Source: a virus | Virus record (IMG/VR): IMGVR_UViG_3300036715_001783 | Coordinates: 1-64,000 of that record | Strand: one strand, 5' to 3' | Length of the DNA stretch: 64,000 bases | Shown here: positions 17,615 to 27,952 of the stretch, one piece after another | How the letters are laid out: each line of letters starts with the position of its first letter | Numbering within the stretch: position 1 is the stretch's first letter | Made by a program: the position numbers and the translations under genes | The notes under the pieces: generated by a model | Told to the model about the DNA's origin: nothing | The model's database searches: none | The model's input: the letters and a program-made list of their open reading frames with translations, nothing else

Positions 17615-18340
17615 ATCATTTAATAGCGCAAGCAATTGTAGTTGCAGTTGTAATATTTTTACTGTACAAAGGAGCAAAAAACGCTCCATTGCAAATTACA
17701 CCTAAACCACAAAAAACCGAATCAAAATTGTTACCAGTATTTTTTGCGTCTGGTGGTGGACAGACAACTCCTATTCATTTTACAAGTTTGGAAGAATTAA
17801 GAACTCATCCAATGTTTGATATTTGGAACAGTGAGTATGTGCTTAAACAACCCGAAGACAGTGTTAGTGTTTTCATGGTAAAAGAGGGCGATGAAGTATC
17901 TGAAGGTACAGTGGTCGGTTGGTTAGTTGAAATATCAACTAAACGATATTTTTCATAATATAACGATCATTGGTGCAGCACATCTGTTAAACCAAGCTGG
18001 TTTGAGTCCAGAGGCCAATGTTAGTTAATTTTTCAATTTTTAGGAGATATTATATGTGGTTTTTAGTTTGGATTTTAGTAACAACAGTTGGTGGGTTTTA
18101 CTTTGGGCTTGATGTTGCTCCACCAGGGTCTGGTATGGAATGGGTTGGGGCAATTGTAGGCTTTGTGGTTGGGTTGTTGTTGTGGGTAATGTTTAAAGCT
18201 GCTTCTGGCGAATCACTTGGAGATGCATTTGGTAGCATCGGTGAATCATTTGGTGGTGATGGTTTTGGTGATGGTGGCGGTGATTAGTTCAACACATTAC
18301 TTTTATAATTAGGAGATGCAAATGCATAAGTAAAAAATCG

Positions 18341-18775
18341 ATGATACTTCTAGCCTTGGTTAGTGTTGTGACAGTATTAAGTGGGTGTAAACCAGACCAA
18401 CGATTTGACCATAGTACTTCAACCGCTGGTGCTCGAACATATGTGCAGTTTATCACAACAGTATTGGGGTGTTCCATTTACAAAGTGGTTGTTGAAGGTC
18501 CTACGTCAGATTTGTTTATCACTGTGTGCGACGACTCAACAAAAGCCTCTGCAGTTTCTTATATGAGTGGCAAGACTCCAGTGCATGTGGTATCAGGAAA
18601 TACCCCATCTCCAACATCCACCGTGGTTCCCACCACGGTGGATACTTCATTGGATTTTAGCACAGAAGAAAAGAAAGTATTAGACCAAGCAGACCAAATC
18701 CGTCACAAGTTTGAAATATTAGATAGGTTGTCCACAGAAGACAAGGCAACTTTAGGATTTGCAGTAAAAAAATAG
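18341..18775 (+). CDS. Lipoprotein
   Basis: VLSGC lipobox. Confidence 0.6.
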   Translation: MILLALVSVVTVLSGCKPDQRFDHSTSTAGARTYVQFITTVLGCSIYKVVVEGPTSDLFITVCDDSTKASAVSYMSGKTPVHVVSGNTPSPTSTVVPTTVDTSLDFSTEEKKVLDQADQIRHKFEILDRLSTEDKATLGFAVKK

Positions 18776-18782
18776 CAACAAC

Positions 18783-18856
18783 GTCCATGTAGCTCAACAG
18801 GATAGAGCAAGACTCTTCTAAAGTCTAGGTTGGTGGATCGTGCCCACTCGTGGATG
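18783..18856 (+). tRNA. tRNA-Arg(TCT), variant T-loop ATCGTGC
   Basis: GTCCATG/CGTGGAT; AGACT-CTTCTAA-AGTCT. Confidence 0.85.
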
Positions 18857-19714
18857 CTAAGGTATGTGTAAAAGTTGTTTGATCTCAGGTAGTTTTTGTT
18901 GTGATTGATATTCCCGATGAGTAACTCGAACAACTTTCCAACCTCTACCAGTCAAATAATCATCTCTAATATCGTCCAATTGTTTTCGTTTTTTGTGGTG
19001 TGAACCATCTAATTCTATTATTAATTTTAATTTTGGAAATACAAAATCTGCCCATCCATTCTTTTTTGTATCTGGATTAAAAAATCTAACTTCCATAAGA
19101 TAACCAGATAAACTATTAGTATAATTGTGGCTAATTAACCACTGCTCAAAAGAGTGTTCCATATAAGATTGTTGATGTGGTCCTCTGATGTGTTTTCTAT
19201 TTGAAACCAACCAAATAGACATCAATCTGGAGTTTCGTATTTTCATACACTCCATAGAACACAAAATGCGGTGTTTGTTTTCAGCTATAAAGCCGCCCCC
19301 ACATTCAGCACATATTAGAGAATGTTCGATTTTGGATTTAATTGGCCTAATTTTTTGCTTTAGTGTGGCAGATCTTTTTGTTTTTGATTCACTGGTGTGT
19401 ATTCGGGTTGTATTATTTGTAATGGTGGCACATGACCTGGAGCAGAAATTGTTGCCAGATACACTAATGTTACACTGCCTTACTGTTATGTATTTTCCAC
19501 AGTTGTGACATTGTATAGTTATTGGGGGCAATTTAATTGTAATTGGTAAGTTAGCCGCTGTTAATGCATCGTTCCAAGATCCAAATCTTTGTCTAATTAC
19601 AATGGGGGATATGCCTAACTGAGAGGCAGTTAAATTACAAGTTGGAACTTTGTTCGTTGTGTTGTAATAATCAACTAAACATTGTATAATAGCTTCATTG
19701 GTAAATTTTACCAT
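18857..19714 (-). CDS. Homing endonuclease (HN-associated repeat, Zn fingers, DUF559-like nuclease)
   Basis: RFGSWNDAL, FCSRSC, ADFVF....IIELDG..H, RD.YL..GWKVVR. Confidence 0.8.
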   Translation of the reverse strand: MVKFTNEAIIQCLVDYYNTTNKVPTCNLTASQLGISPIVIRQRFGSWNDALTAANLPITIKLPPITIQCHNCGKYITVRQCNISVSGNNFCSRSCATITNNTTRIHTSESKTKRSATLKQKIRPIKSKIEHSLICAECGGGFIAENKHRILCSMECMKIRNSRLMSIWLVSNRKHIRGPHQQSYMEHSFEQWLISHNYTNSLSGYLMEVRFFNPDTKKNGWADFVFPKLKLIIELDGSHHKKRKQLDDIRDDYLTGRGWKVVRVTHREYQSQQKLPEIKQLLHIP

Positions 19715-19756
19715 ACATAATCCTTCGAGTGACTGTGTATATTTATAACTATCAGC

Positions 19757-19786
19757 AGGTCTTGGTTCGATTCCACTCGTGGATGC
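19757..19786 (+). pseudogene. Stranded original 3' end of tRNA-Arg
   Basis: AGGTCTTGGTTCGATTCCACTCGTGGATGC; last 14 nt identical to 18844-18857. Confidence 0.85.
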
Positions 19787-19824
19787 ATAGTTTTATTCCC
19801 CAGTTATTTCAATAGGTCATTTTT

Positions 19825-20568
19825 ATGAATCGTCCAGCATTATATGTTCAAGCAGCTCCTTACAATAACAATTTAGCATTTGACTTTTGTTACTCAGCAA
19901 AGTTAGGAGCACAGGAAGCTGGAATTGAAGTATCTCATTTTGCCAACATTGTTGATGTTCCTCCTTCTCCATATAATATCATTGTGGGTTCTGTTGAAGT
20001 ATGTACACAATGGTTGGCTCAATCTAGTTTTACTGTTCCCCCTGTAATAGATCTATTATTATTTAAAGATTTCCTTGGAAGACAAGTTGAAGTCTTGCCT
20101 ATTTCCCAAGTCAACATTCCCGCCTTTATTAAACCTGCTTATCAACACAAAGCATTCACGGGCTTCATTGCTGATAGCAACTTAGCATTAGCAGTATGGA
20201 GTGAGGGATTTCAAGGTGACGTAATTTCACAACAAATCATCGATATTAAAAGCGAATATCGCATGTATATCAATTGCCAAAAGATTATTGGAATGAAACA
20301 CTATAGTGGGGATTGTCTTTTGTTTCCCAATAGCCAGTTCATTACGTCTTGTGTTGAAAAATCATATGAATTGTTGGATAATCATTCGTATACTCTTGAT
20401 TTTGGAGTATTAGAAGATGGGACAACTGTCCTTATTGAACCAAATGATGGGTGGGCTGTAGGAAATTATGGTTTGGACCCACTTGACTATTATTATTTTG
20501 TTCGTAATAGATGGTTACAATTAACAGGTGTACGAACACGAATGGAGCATAATTTACATGGCAGATAA
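19825..20568 (+). CDS. ATP-grasp (R2K/DUF4343-like) protein
   Basis: FIKP...KAFTG, SEYR, YTLDFG, LIE.NDG.A.G.YGL. Confidence 0.8.
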   Translation: MNRPALYVQAAPYNNNLAFDFCYSAKLGAQEAGIEVSHFANIVDVPPSPYNIIVGSVEVCTQWLAQSSFTVPPVIDLLLFKDFLGRQVEVLPISQVNIPAFIKPAYQHKAFTGFIADSNLALAVWSEGFQGDVISQQIIDIKSEYRMYINCQKIIGMKHYSGDCLLFPNSQFITSCVEKSYELLDNHSYTLDFGVLEDGTTVLIEPNDGWAVGNYGLDPLDYYYFVRNRWLQLTGVRTRMEHNLHGR

Positions 20569-20604
20569 CATTTATCCCAGAAAACCAGAATAAGGAAACA
20601 TACA

Positions 20605-20991
20605 ATGGAACTTAACGTATTACACGACCAAGAGATTTTAGTAATTGATCGACCTACTATTACAGGGCGAATATTTCCTCTACAAGTGTGTCAAGATATC
20701 GTGGACAAGTTTGAGGGGTGCTTTGGTCAACTTGGCATGTCGGATGACGGTAGGGTCAAAGTTGAATCTATTTCACACAAAGTAATTAACTTACGGATTG
20801 TCGACAATCAAATAATTGGTGATGTAAAAATTCTGAACACACCATTGGGACAAATTCTTCAAGAATTACATCCTGATCAGTATAATTTTAGAATAGCTGG
20901 TTTTTGTCATTATAAAAATGGCACATCAGAAGTTGCAGATTATCAGTTAATATCTATTAATGCGGTGAGTGTGTATGAAGTTTTGTGTTAA
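20605..20991 (+). CDS. T4 gp21 prohead-protease-like paralogue, likely inactive
   Basis: GRI.P, G.LG, SH.V..L, KILNTP.G.IL; catalytic His/Ser positions appear substituted. Confidence 0.6.
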   Translation: MELNVLHDQEILVIDRPTITGRIFPLQVCQDIVDKFEGCFGQLGMSDDGRVKVESISHKVINLRIVDNQIIGDVKILNTPLGQILQELHPDQYNFRIAGFCHYKNGTSEVADYQLISINAVSVYEVLC

Positions 20992-21152
20992 CGAAGTGGA
21001 ATATGACCTAGGTTGGGGGTCAAGAGTATTAGACACCAAAGAATTTGATACTCTACAAGAAGCAAATGATTATATCGCAGAATTTAACTCACAAAACACC
21101 TGTGATCGTGTACCTGATTGGTATATGGTGGCAGTATTAGCCGGAGACTTAT

Positions 21153-21524
21153 ATGGATAAAAATCCAGTTACCCCATTACAAATGTTATTCATTAGGGCG
21201 TGTAAATCTAATAACCCACAAAAACGATTACAGCGATTGTATCATGCTTTTTATGGGTGTTCTATAGATATCCCACAAGCTGAACTGAATATGCACATTA
21301 GTAATAATTTAATGGACATTTGTGAACGGTATGAATTAACCAAACTCAGGGATGTGATGGCAGTAATGAACCCATCTCATTATATATCTCGGGGATATGC
21401 GCCTGATACTCCATATTGGGAGATGGTAAGTATTACCATGTCCAATGTTATTAGATTTACAGAAGTTAAACAATTTCCTGGAATGCGATTACCTCGAAAA
21501 TTCAGGACCCCCACAAGCTCATAG
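21153..21524 (+). CDS. Hypothetical protein
   Basis: LFIRACKS motif; ORF. Confidence 0.55.
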   Translation: MDKNPVTPLQMLFIRACKSNNPQKRLQRLYHAFYGCSIDIPQAELNMHISNNLMDICERYELTKLRDVMAVMNPSHYISRGYAPDTPYWEMVSITMSNVIRFTEVKQFPGMRLPRKFRTPTSS

Positions 21525-21533
21525 GATGAACAA

Positions 21534-21971
21534 ATGTCAATACCAAAACAAGTAATAGTTATGAGAACTGATTTAAGAAATCAGGAAGGACATAAAATTA
21601 GAACTGGAAAATTAATTGCCCAAGGAGCGCATGCGTCCATGAAGGCAATTTTAGATGTTGGAACTGTTGTTCGCACGCATCCACAAGAAGATAATCAAAT
21701 GTTAATAATTGATATTACACCAGCACATTATCCTGAACGGTATGGGTGGCTAACAGACAAATTCACAAAAGTGTGTGTTAGTGTTAAGTCTGAAGAAGAA
21801 TTATTAGCAATACATCAAGCAGCAGTAGATGCTGGTATTAAATGCACGTCTTTAATATTGGACGCTGGGTTAACAGAATTTGGTGGAGTTGCAACATATA
21901 CTTGTTGTGCAATAGGACCAGATTTCCCAGAAAATATCGATCCCATTACATCCCATTTGAAGTTATTTTGA
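21534..21971 (+). CDS. pth2: Peptidyl-tRNA hydrolase 2
   Basis: KQVIVMR.DL, GK..AQ..HA, KV.V, DAG.TE, T..AIGP, IT..LKL. Confidence 0.92.
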   Translation: MSIPKQVIVMRTDLRNQEGHKIRTGKLIAQGAHASMKAILDVGTVVRTHPQEDNQMLIIDITPAHYPERYGWLTDKFTKVCVSVKSEEELLAIHQAAVDAGIKCTSLILDAGLTEFGGVATYTCCAIGPDFPENIDPITSHLKLF

Positions 21972-22124
21972 TATGGTGTAATTCCAGTTCCAATATGGGC
22001 TATTTAGTCTAACCATTATAGTAGATCGGTGTATGCCCAACGCATCTATTGCGTCTCTAACAGATTCAAACAGTACCCCATCTATATTAACTTGTTTTCT
22101 TAGGTGGGAGTGGCTTTCTGACAT
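21963..22124 (-). pseudogene. Homing-endonuclease relic (NUMOD1-like DNA-binding domain only)
   Basis: MSESHSHLRKQVNIDGVLFESVRDAIDALGIHRSTIMVRLNS; CATAAATA promoter; overlaps pth2 stop. Confidence 0.65.
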
Positions 22125-22446
22125 TTGGGGTTTTTGTGTATTACGTATTTATGAAAGTTAGAGTTGACATAATATAGAAATGCTGTATAATATAATTTTT
22201 AACAGGAGTAAAATATGAGTACAATTACTATCAATGTGTGTGGGACCTCCGGCACTGGAAAGACAACAATAGCCTATCTACTTGCAGACTTTTTAAGCAA
22301 CACTGGATTTGCGACAGAACTTAATGTCACTGAAGAGTTTGAATTAGAAACTTTCGAAGAGCATTTTGTAGACCGTCTGGAAGCACTAGAAGAAAAACAA
22401 TTAAAAATTGTTGTTAATGAAGTACAATTAGCAAGGGAATCTATTC

Positions 22447-22929
22447 ATGAATAATGATCTGTATACTTTCTTTTGGTCAGGAATGTTTTCACAGTGGTAT
22501 GCGTCTCCATTTAAAGTAGATGGAATTCAATACAATTGTGCAGAACAATTCATGATGCACAGTAAAGCCCTGATGTTTGAGGACTATGAGACTGCTGAAT
22601 TAATTATGAATACCCCTAACCCAAAAATTCAAAAGCAATTAGGTAGGCAAGTAAAGAATTTTAATGCTGATAGTTGGAATGCAGTGGCAAAAACTGTGGT
22701 GTATATTGCTAATATTGCAAAATTCACACATAGTCCGACCCTGTTAGAAGCATTATTGGCAACAGGAGATACTTTATTGGTTGAAGCATCTCCATATGAT
22801 ACCATTTGGGGCATTGGGATGGGTGAAGTAGAAGCAAGAAAAAGCACCAAAGAACAGTGGAGAGGAACTAATTGGTTGGGAGAAGTTCTTACTGCTGTTA
22901 GAGACGATATTCGTTCTGATACAGTGTAA
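22447..22929 (+). CDS. NADAR (YbiA-like) protein
   Basis: FSQWY, AEQFMM..KA..F.D, LGR.VKNF, LVEASPYD.IWGIG, G.NWLG..L. Confidence 0.92.
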   Translation: MNNDLYTFFWSGMFSQWYASPFKVDGIQYNCAEQFMMHSKALMFEDYETAELIMNTPNPKIQKQLGRQVKNFNADSWNAVAKTVVYIANIAKFTHSPTLLEALLATGDTLLVEASPYDTIWGIGMGEVEARKSTKEQWRGTNWLGEVLTAVRDDIRSDTV

Positions 22930-22991
22930 TTTGTTGATTTTAATGAATATTGTAGTATAATATAATTTTTAACTTGACGGAGAAATAAAAT

Positions 22992-23648
22992 ATGTTTTTA
23001 ATTGAAGGTACTGGCGCTATCTTAAGTGCGATGTTTTTGAGTGGTATGTGGTCTGGGATTTTATCAGCGGTGTTTATTATTGCTGCTATTTTATTGACAG
23101 CATCCAGAGATTTTAGTGTGGCATATGCAATATTTGTTATCTATTTAATGCTGTTTGCCTTGTTTGGGTCGGTTAACCCGTTCATGGTAATAATTCACAA
23201 TCCAGGTGATGTTATTTCATACTTTATCGGGTATTTTGTCGTAGGTGCAGCATATTCGGTCATCAAATTCTGGGATTTTGTAGCATCAGCTGTAAAAATC
23301 ACAAAGACCGCAAAACAAGCGTTTATTGAGTTTCATAAATTAAAAATTGGAGTACAAGATAATATTCCAGTGGAGTACGCTGAATCCTGGACTGTATCAA
23401 GACGACAAATTTTAAGACAGTACAGTAAACACAGTTGCAACGATTTATCAGATTTTCAACCATCCAACCAAAAATCACTGATTTTAAATTGGATTGCGTT
23501 TTGGCCATTTAGTGCTGTAGGTTTGTTTATTGCTGATCCATTGCAAGCATTGGTGGTTGGTATCTACAACCGGTTAGGTTCTGTATATGATCGCATTTAT
23601 AAGAACACTATTGCAAAAACGATCAATATGTCTGATTTGGATCAATAA
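22992..23648 (+). CDS. Membrane protein
   Basis: Several transmembrane segments; WI.FWP motif. Confidence 0.6.
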   Translation: MFLIEGTGAILSAMFLSGMWSGILSAVFIIAAILLTASRDFSVAYAIFVIYLMLFALFGSVNPFMVIIHNPGDVISYFIGYFVVGAAYSVIKFWDFVASAVKITKTAKQAFIEFHKLKIGVQDNIPVEYAESWTVSRRQILRQYSKHSCNDLSDFQPSNQKSLILNWIAFWPFSAVGLFIADPLQALVVGIYNRLGSVYDRIYKNTIAKTINMSDLDQ

Positions 23649-23737
23649 TTACCCCTTGTCCTATGTTGATTTTATTGTAGAGATGTGTATAATATGCATT
23701 TCTACATTAAACAAATTTAAAATAACTCTCAAAGGAG

Positions 23738-25273
23738 ATGCACATGTCTAAACTTAACAAAGCACCAAAGAAAGTAACCAAAACTGTTGCAGTAGTTGCT
23801 GCAAAACACAATCTAACAGTTGCACATTCAGCAAACGGCAATCTACAGTTCAAAAAAGAACCACTGCAACATTTGTATGAGTTAACTGTATCCACGTTGT
23901 TTGGTAGATCAACATTTTACCGTTCAAGTGATGCATTAGTACAAAGCTTACGAACAGAAGTACGGACTGCTGTTGAAATGGGTGCTCTTGATTTTGTCGC
24001 AAATCTTGCTATCCATGCAAGAGGTGAGATGAATATCAGAACAATTCCGATTGTTTTGGTTGTTGAATTTGCTAAAGCATTGCGTGAACAAGGTAAAACG
24101 TATCCACACTTAAGACACTTGGTTAGAGACGTTATTCAACGTGCTGATCAGATTACTGATATGTATGCTTATTCTCTTGACGTATTTGGAGAAAAAGGTA
24201 AAATCCCTATGGCCATCAAACGAGGTGTTGGTGATGCCTTCAATAATTTCGGTGAATATGCTTTTGCAAAATACAACAGAGCTGGTGCAATCACCATTAA
24301 AGACGTGTTGCGAATTGTTCACCCTGTGGCAAACGAAGCTAAACAAGGTGCTATTTTTCAAAAAATCATTGATGAGAACCTGGAAACTCCATACACTTGG
24401 GAAACAGAACTGTCAAGAAACGGCCAATTACCAGAAGCTGAGCGTAAAAGCAAAGCAAAATTATGGACTGAGTTGTTGACTTCGGAAAAATTGGGATACA
24501 TGGCACTGTTAAGAAACATGCGAAATATTCACGATGCAGGCGTGGCACACAATGTGGTTAAGACACATGTTGCTGATATTATTGCTGATGAACAACGAGT
24601 TGCTGCTTCAAGACAGCTTACGTTTGATTTTTTGCAGGCCTATGATGTGATCAAACCTCTGAATTCCAGTATGGCTACTGCAGTATCAAAAGCTGTGGAT
24701 ATCAGTGTTAAGTACTTACCAAAAGTTGGTGAAAAAATTTGGGTAATTATTGATTACTCAGGCTCTATGAGTGGTAAAGCAATTGAAACAGCAACGTTGT
24801 TGGCAGCAGCATTATTGAAAGCCAATGATGGATCAGAACGGTTAGCTGTAACTATGTTTGGTTCAGCAGCAAAGACCATTCATACTGTGGACACAAATAA
24901 CTCTGTGTTAGCTATCCAAAGAGAGTTGTTAACCCACCGTAGAGGGAACATTGCAGGCTCTACAGAGTTTCAAGCGGCAATGAGAGAATACCCAGGTTTA
25001 GGCTTTGTGCCTGATACCATCGTTGTGTTTACAGATGGCGAAATTAACAGATTTCACTACCCTGATTTGCAAAAAAATTCAGGCGATTCTAACACAGTTA
25101 AACTGGTAGTTAATTTAGATGGAGCACCAACTACTCCATTCATTAAACAAGCTGGATGGTATGCAATGGCTGGCTGGACTCCTGCCATGTTTAAGTGGGT
25201 GCCTGCAATTAGAAACAAAGAAACTGTAGTGGATGCTTTATCTGGTCCATACACAGAACGAAAATCTAAGTAA
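23738..25273 (+). CDS. rsr: Ro60/Rsr (TROVE plus vWA) RNA-binding protein
   Basis: LA..AR..MN.R, QRAD, F..Y...KY, KDVLR.VHP, TWETELS, LGYMALLRN.RN, D.SGSM, FTDGE. Confidence 0.93.
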   Translation: MHMSKLNKAPKKVTKTVAVVAAKHNLTVAHSANGNLQFKKEPLQHLYELTVSTLFGRSTFYRSSDALVQSLRTEVRTAVEMGALDFVANLAIHARGEMNIRTIPIVLVVEFAKALREQGKTYPHLRHLVRDVIQRADQITDMYAYSLDVFGEKGKIPMAIKRGVGDAFNNFGEYAFAKYNRAGAITIKDVLRIVHPVANEAKQGAIFQKIIDENLETPYTWETELSRNGQLPEAERKSKAKLWTELLTSEKLGYMALLRNMRNIHDAGVAHNVVKTHVADIIADEQRVAASRQLTFDFLQAYDVIKPLNSSMATAVSKAVDISVKYLPKVGEKIWVIIDYSGSMSGKAIETATLLAAALLKANDGSERLAVTMFGSAAKTIHTVDTNNSVLAIQRELLTHRRGNIAGSTEFQAAMREYPGLGFVPDTIVVFTDGEINRFHYPDLQKNSGDSNTVKLVVNLDGAPTTPFIKQAGWYAMAGWTPAMFKWVPAIRNKETVVDALSGPYTERKSK

Positions 25274-25302
25274 TACCCAACACTTCACCAGAGGTCAATC
25301 TG

Positions 25303-26388
25303 GTGAAGTTCCCTCCTATTAAGGACAATAACATGCAAGAAGACAAATCTCACGATATTCAACCATATATTGATATGGTATATACAAACCACCCATGCTT
25401 ACATCAATATAAATTAGGCAATTCTGAAATATTGGATGTGGATAATACCCCTACATTTGTATCAAACATAACATATGCAGTGTCCCGATTATTGAAAAAT
25501 CAATTAAATACGTTACTTCAACAAAGTAGTATTGCAATTGAGGAATATCCAGGAGATTATGTACATAAAGTAATGGTGATATCAGCTCATATAGTATCAG
25601 AAATTATTAATATGGATAGATTGATTGGATTACAAGCTATGCACATGCCAGTAGATATGGCATATATCATGCAAACAACCATGCAAGAAGTCACATTAAA
25701 AAATGAACAACAATCGTGGTTAGAGTGGCAAGTGGTAGGACATCCAGTGCAAGCACAATCTCATAAATTATCAATTGTGAGCAATTCTATTGACAATGTC
25801 CAACCCTTAGTTGTTTCCAAATTAATTATGTATACTTTTGTTGATATGTTGACAGAATATGCTGCAACTGCCCCTGATCGTAGTCATATTCACATACCAA
25901 CGGATAATTTTGATAAACTTTCCTCTGAAATTATTAAACAGTTGGAAATTAATATCAATGCACAATCGGTTAAAATTGCAGTTGGAACTAGTAGAGGAGT
26001 TGGCAATGTCATTTTAACTTCCCCAGCAGGATTTAAGGTACTGCAACAAGTATTTGTTGGGGATTATACTATTGAAATGGTGGATGGGGTGTGTAATGTG
26101 TTGTATAACAACAAAGTCAGATATACAGTGCTTGTGTCAGAGTCACCTGTGTTAGACGGCGAAACCCCAAAAGATATAAAATTTGTAGTTGGCTACAGGG
26201 GAAAAACAACAGTGGATGCTGGAGTGGTGTTTGCACCATATACACTATTAATACCACATATACAAATTAACCAAACTACGTTTGAACAAGAACTGACATT
26301 TTCTACTAGATTTGGTACATATTTTCCTAAAGAAGGCACACCTGGTGCACACACTTATAATTTATTAACTATTACTTGTTCAAAATAA
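25303..26388 (+). CDS. T4 gp23/gp24 major-capsid-like paralogue
   Basis: IGLQAM..P, T.RG.GN....SP, VGY.G....DAG..FAPY, F......F.TRFG. Confidence 0.75.
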   Translation: MKFPPIKDNNMQEDKSHDIQPYIDMVYTNHPCLHQYKLGNSEILDVDNTPTFVSNITYAVSRLLKNQLNTLLQQSSIAIEEYPGDYVHKVMVISAHIVSEIINMDRLIGLQAMHMPVDMAYIMQTTMQEVTLKNEQQSWLEWQVVGHPVQAQSHKLSIVSNSIDNVQPLVVSKLIMYTFVDMLTEYAATAPDRSHIHIPTDNFDKLSSEIIKQLEININAQSVKIAVGTSRGVGNVILTSPAGFKVLQQVFVGDYTIEMVDGVCNVLYNNKVRYTVLVSESPVLDGETPKDIKFVVGYRGKTTVDAGVVFAPYTLLIPHIQINQTTFEQELTFSTRFGTYFPKEGTPGAHTYNLLTITCSK

Positions 26389-26398
26389 GGAGACATGC

Positions 26399-27598
26399 AT
26401 GGCTGAATTTGAAGTAAAAATACAAAGAATTTATATTACTGAACACCCCAATGCAGATAGCTTACATATTGGACATATTGGCTCCCCTGATGGTTGGCAG
26501 GTTGTTGTTCGTAAGGGAGCATTTGCAGATCAATCTTTATGTGCATACATTGGAGAGAATGCAATTGTTCCTGATGAGATTTTACAAAAGTACAATTATT
26601 GGAACGAAGACCAAAATAAAGGTATGTTGGCTGGAAGTAAAGGTAACCGGGTCAAGATGATCAAACTCAGAGGAGAGCCCAGTATGGGCATATGTATTCC
26701 TCTGATTGAAGAATGTAGTTGGGACGAAGAGGGAGGCACTCAATTATACGCACACACCCTTGAAGGAGAATATGTAATTGAAGGAGAGGTTGTTACAGAA
26801 TTGTTGGGTGTATACAAACACGAGCCACCAATCCCAGTTGCGATGGCAGGTGAAGTCTACAACGGTGGTACTTCTATTGGTGTGAGTTACGATATTGAGA
26901 ACTCCAAAAACTATCCAAATGTGTTTACTGAAGGTGAAGAAGTACAAGCAACTGAAAAATTGCATGGCTCGTTTTGTCAGATTGTGGTACTACCACCAAC
27001 AGACGAATTTTACAATGAAAATCATGGAGTAGGATTAGCAACCTCCGGAAAAATGGCATACATAGCTGTCTCCAGCAAAGGACTAGGGTCAAAAGGCTTG
27101 TTTCTTAAGCAGAACGAGAAAAATAACAACAATGTGTATCTCCGAGTAGCAAGACCATTGTACAGTACTCTCACAAGTGCTACGGAACAATTGTCAGATC
27201 CACTTGTACCAATCACTGTGTGTGGAGAAGTATTTGGGCATGGAGTGCAAGACTTAACATATGGGTTTTCTCAGGGCAATGTTGGGTTCAGAGTGTTTGA
27301 TGTCTATGTGGGATGTCGTGGAATGGGATATTGGTTAAACGACGAAGAATTGGACGAGTGGTGTGCATTCACCTGTATTCCTCGAGTACCACTCTTATAC
27401 AGAGGGCCATTTAATCTTGAGAAAATCAATGAGTTGTCCCAGAATACCCATTCTACATTTGATAAGAAACAAATACTTGAAGGGCTGGTGGTTAAATCAA
27501 CGAAAGAGCGATTAGTTCATAATTTAGGTAGAGCGTGTTTGAAATACATTAATATTGCTTATTATTTACGTAAGGGCAATGCCACAGAGTTTAATTAA
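26399..27598 (+). CDS. ATP-dependent RNA ligase (DRB0094 family)
   Basis: N-terminal HPNAD.L tRNA-binding-like domain, KLRG..S.G, TEKLHG, GE.FG.GVQ, F.VFD, EG.V, LK.I...Y. Confidence 0.92.
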   Translation: MAEFEVKIQRIYITEHPNADSLHIGHIGSPDGWQVVVRKGAFADQSLCAYIGENAIVPDEILQKYNYWNEDQNKGMLAGSKGNRVKMIKLRGEPSMGICIPLIEECSWDEEGGTQLYAHTLEGEYVIEGEVVTELLGVYKHEPPIPVAMAGEVYNGGTSIGVSYDIENSKNYPNVFTEGEEVQATEKLHGSFCQIVVLPPTDEFYNENHGVGLATSGKMAYIAVSSKGLGSKGLFLKQNEKNNNNVYLRVARPLYSTLTSATEQLSDPLVPITVCGEVFGHGVQDLTYGFSQGNVGFRVFDVYVGCRGMGYWLNDEELDEWCAFTCIPRVPLLYRGPFNLEKINELSQNTHSTFDKKQILEGLVVKSTKERLVHNLGRACLKYINIAYYLRKGNATEFN

Positions 27599-27894
27599 AT
27601 GAACGTTGTGTTGTTTATTCTCGGTGCTACGTTAGTGGAAATAGGTATTTTTTGTATATGTGCTGCCGTAACCATATTTCAAATCCCACAGCACACTTGG
27701 ACTCAAATGGTAAGTTTTGACATGTGGAAAAATGCTGGACTTAAAAAGTATACTCCTGATTTGTATAATGACTGGAAGCAGTTTGTTAGAGATACTTGGA
27801 TAGAGTATTGGACATTCGGCCTTGGTGAGAAATTGTGTATATTTCTAACAATAGTATGGGGTGGTGTACTAATATTAATTTAATTTTTACCAAC

Positions 27895-27928
27895 AAACCA
27901 GGGGAGACAACTTGTCTCCCCTGGTTTT
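27895..27928 (+). terminator. Intrinsic terminator
   Basis: AAACCAGGGGAGACAA-C-TTGTCTCCCCTGGTTTT. Confidence 0.8.
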
Positions 27929-27952
27929 CTGTTTTGTATGAGACCAAAAAAT

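Noticed and set aside
17965-18022. Degenerate tRNA-like piece containing CTGTTAA and a T-arm-like hairpin
   Set aside because: No D arm or anticodon stem; too weak to call.
18857-19760. Group I intron in tRNA-Arg
   Set aside because: The ORF is antisense, fills the insert, and no intron core is present; the tRNA is complete upstream.
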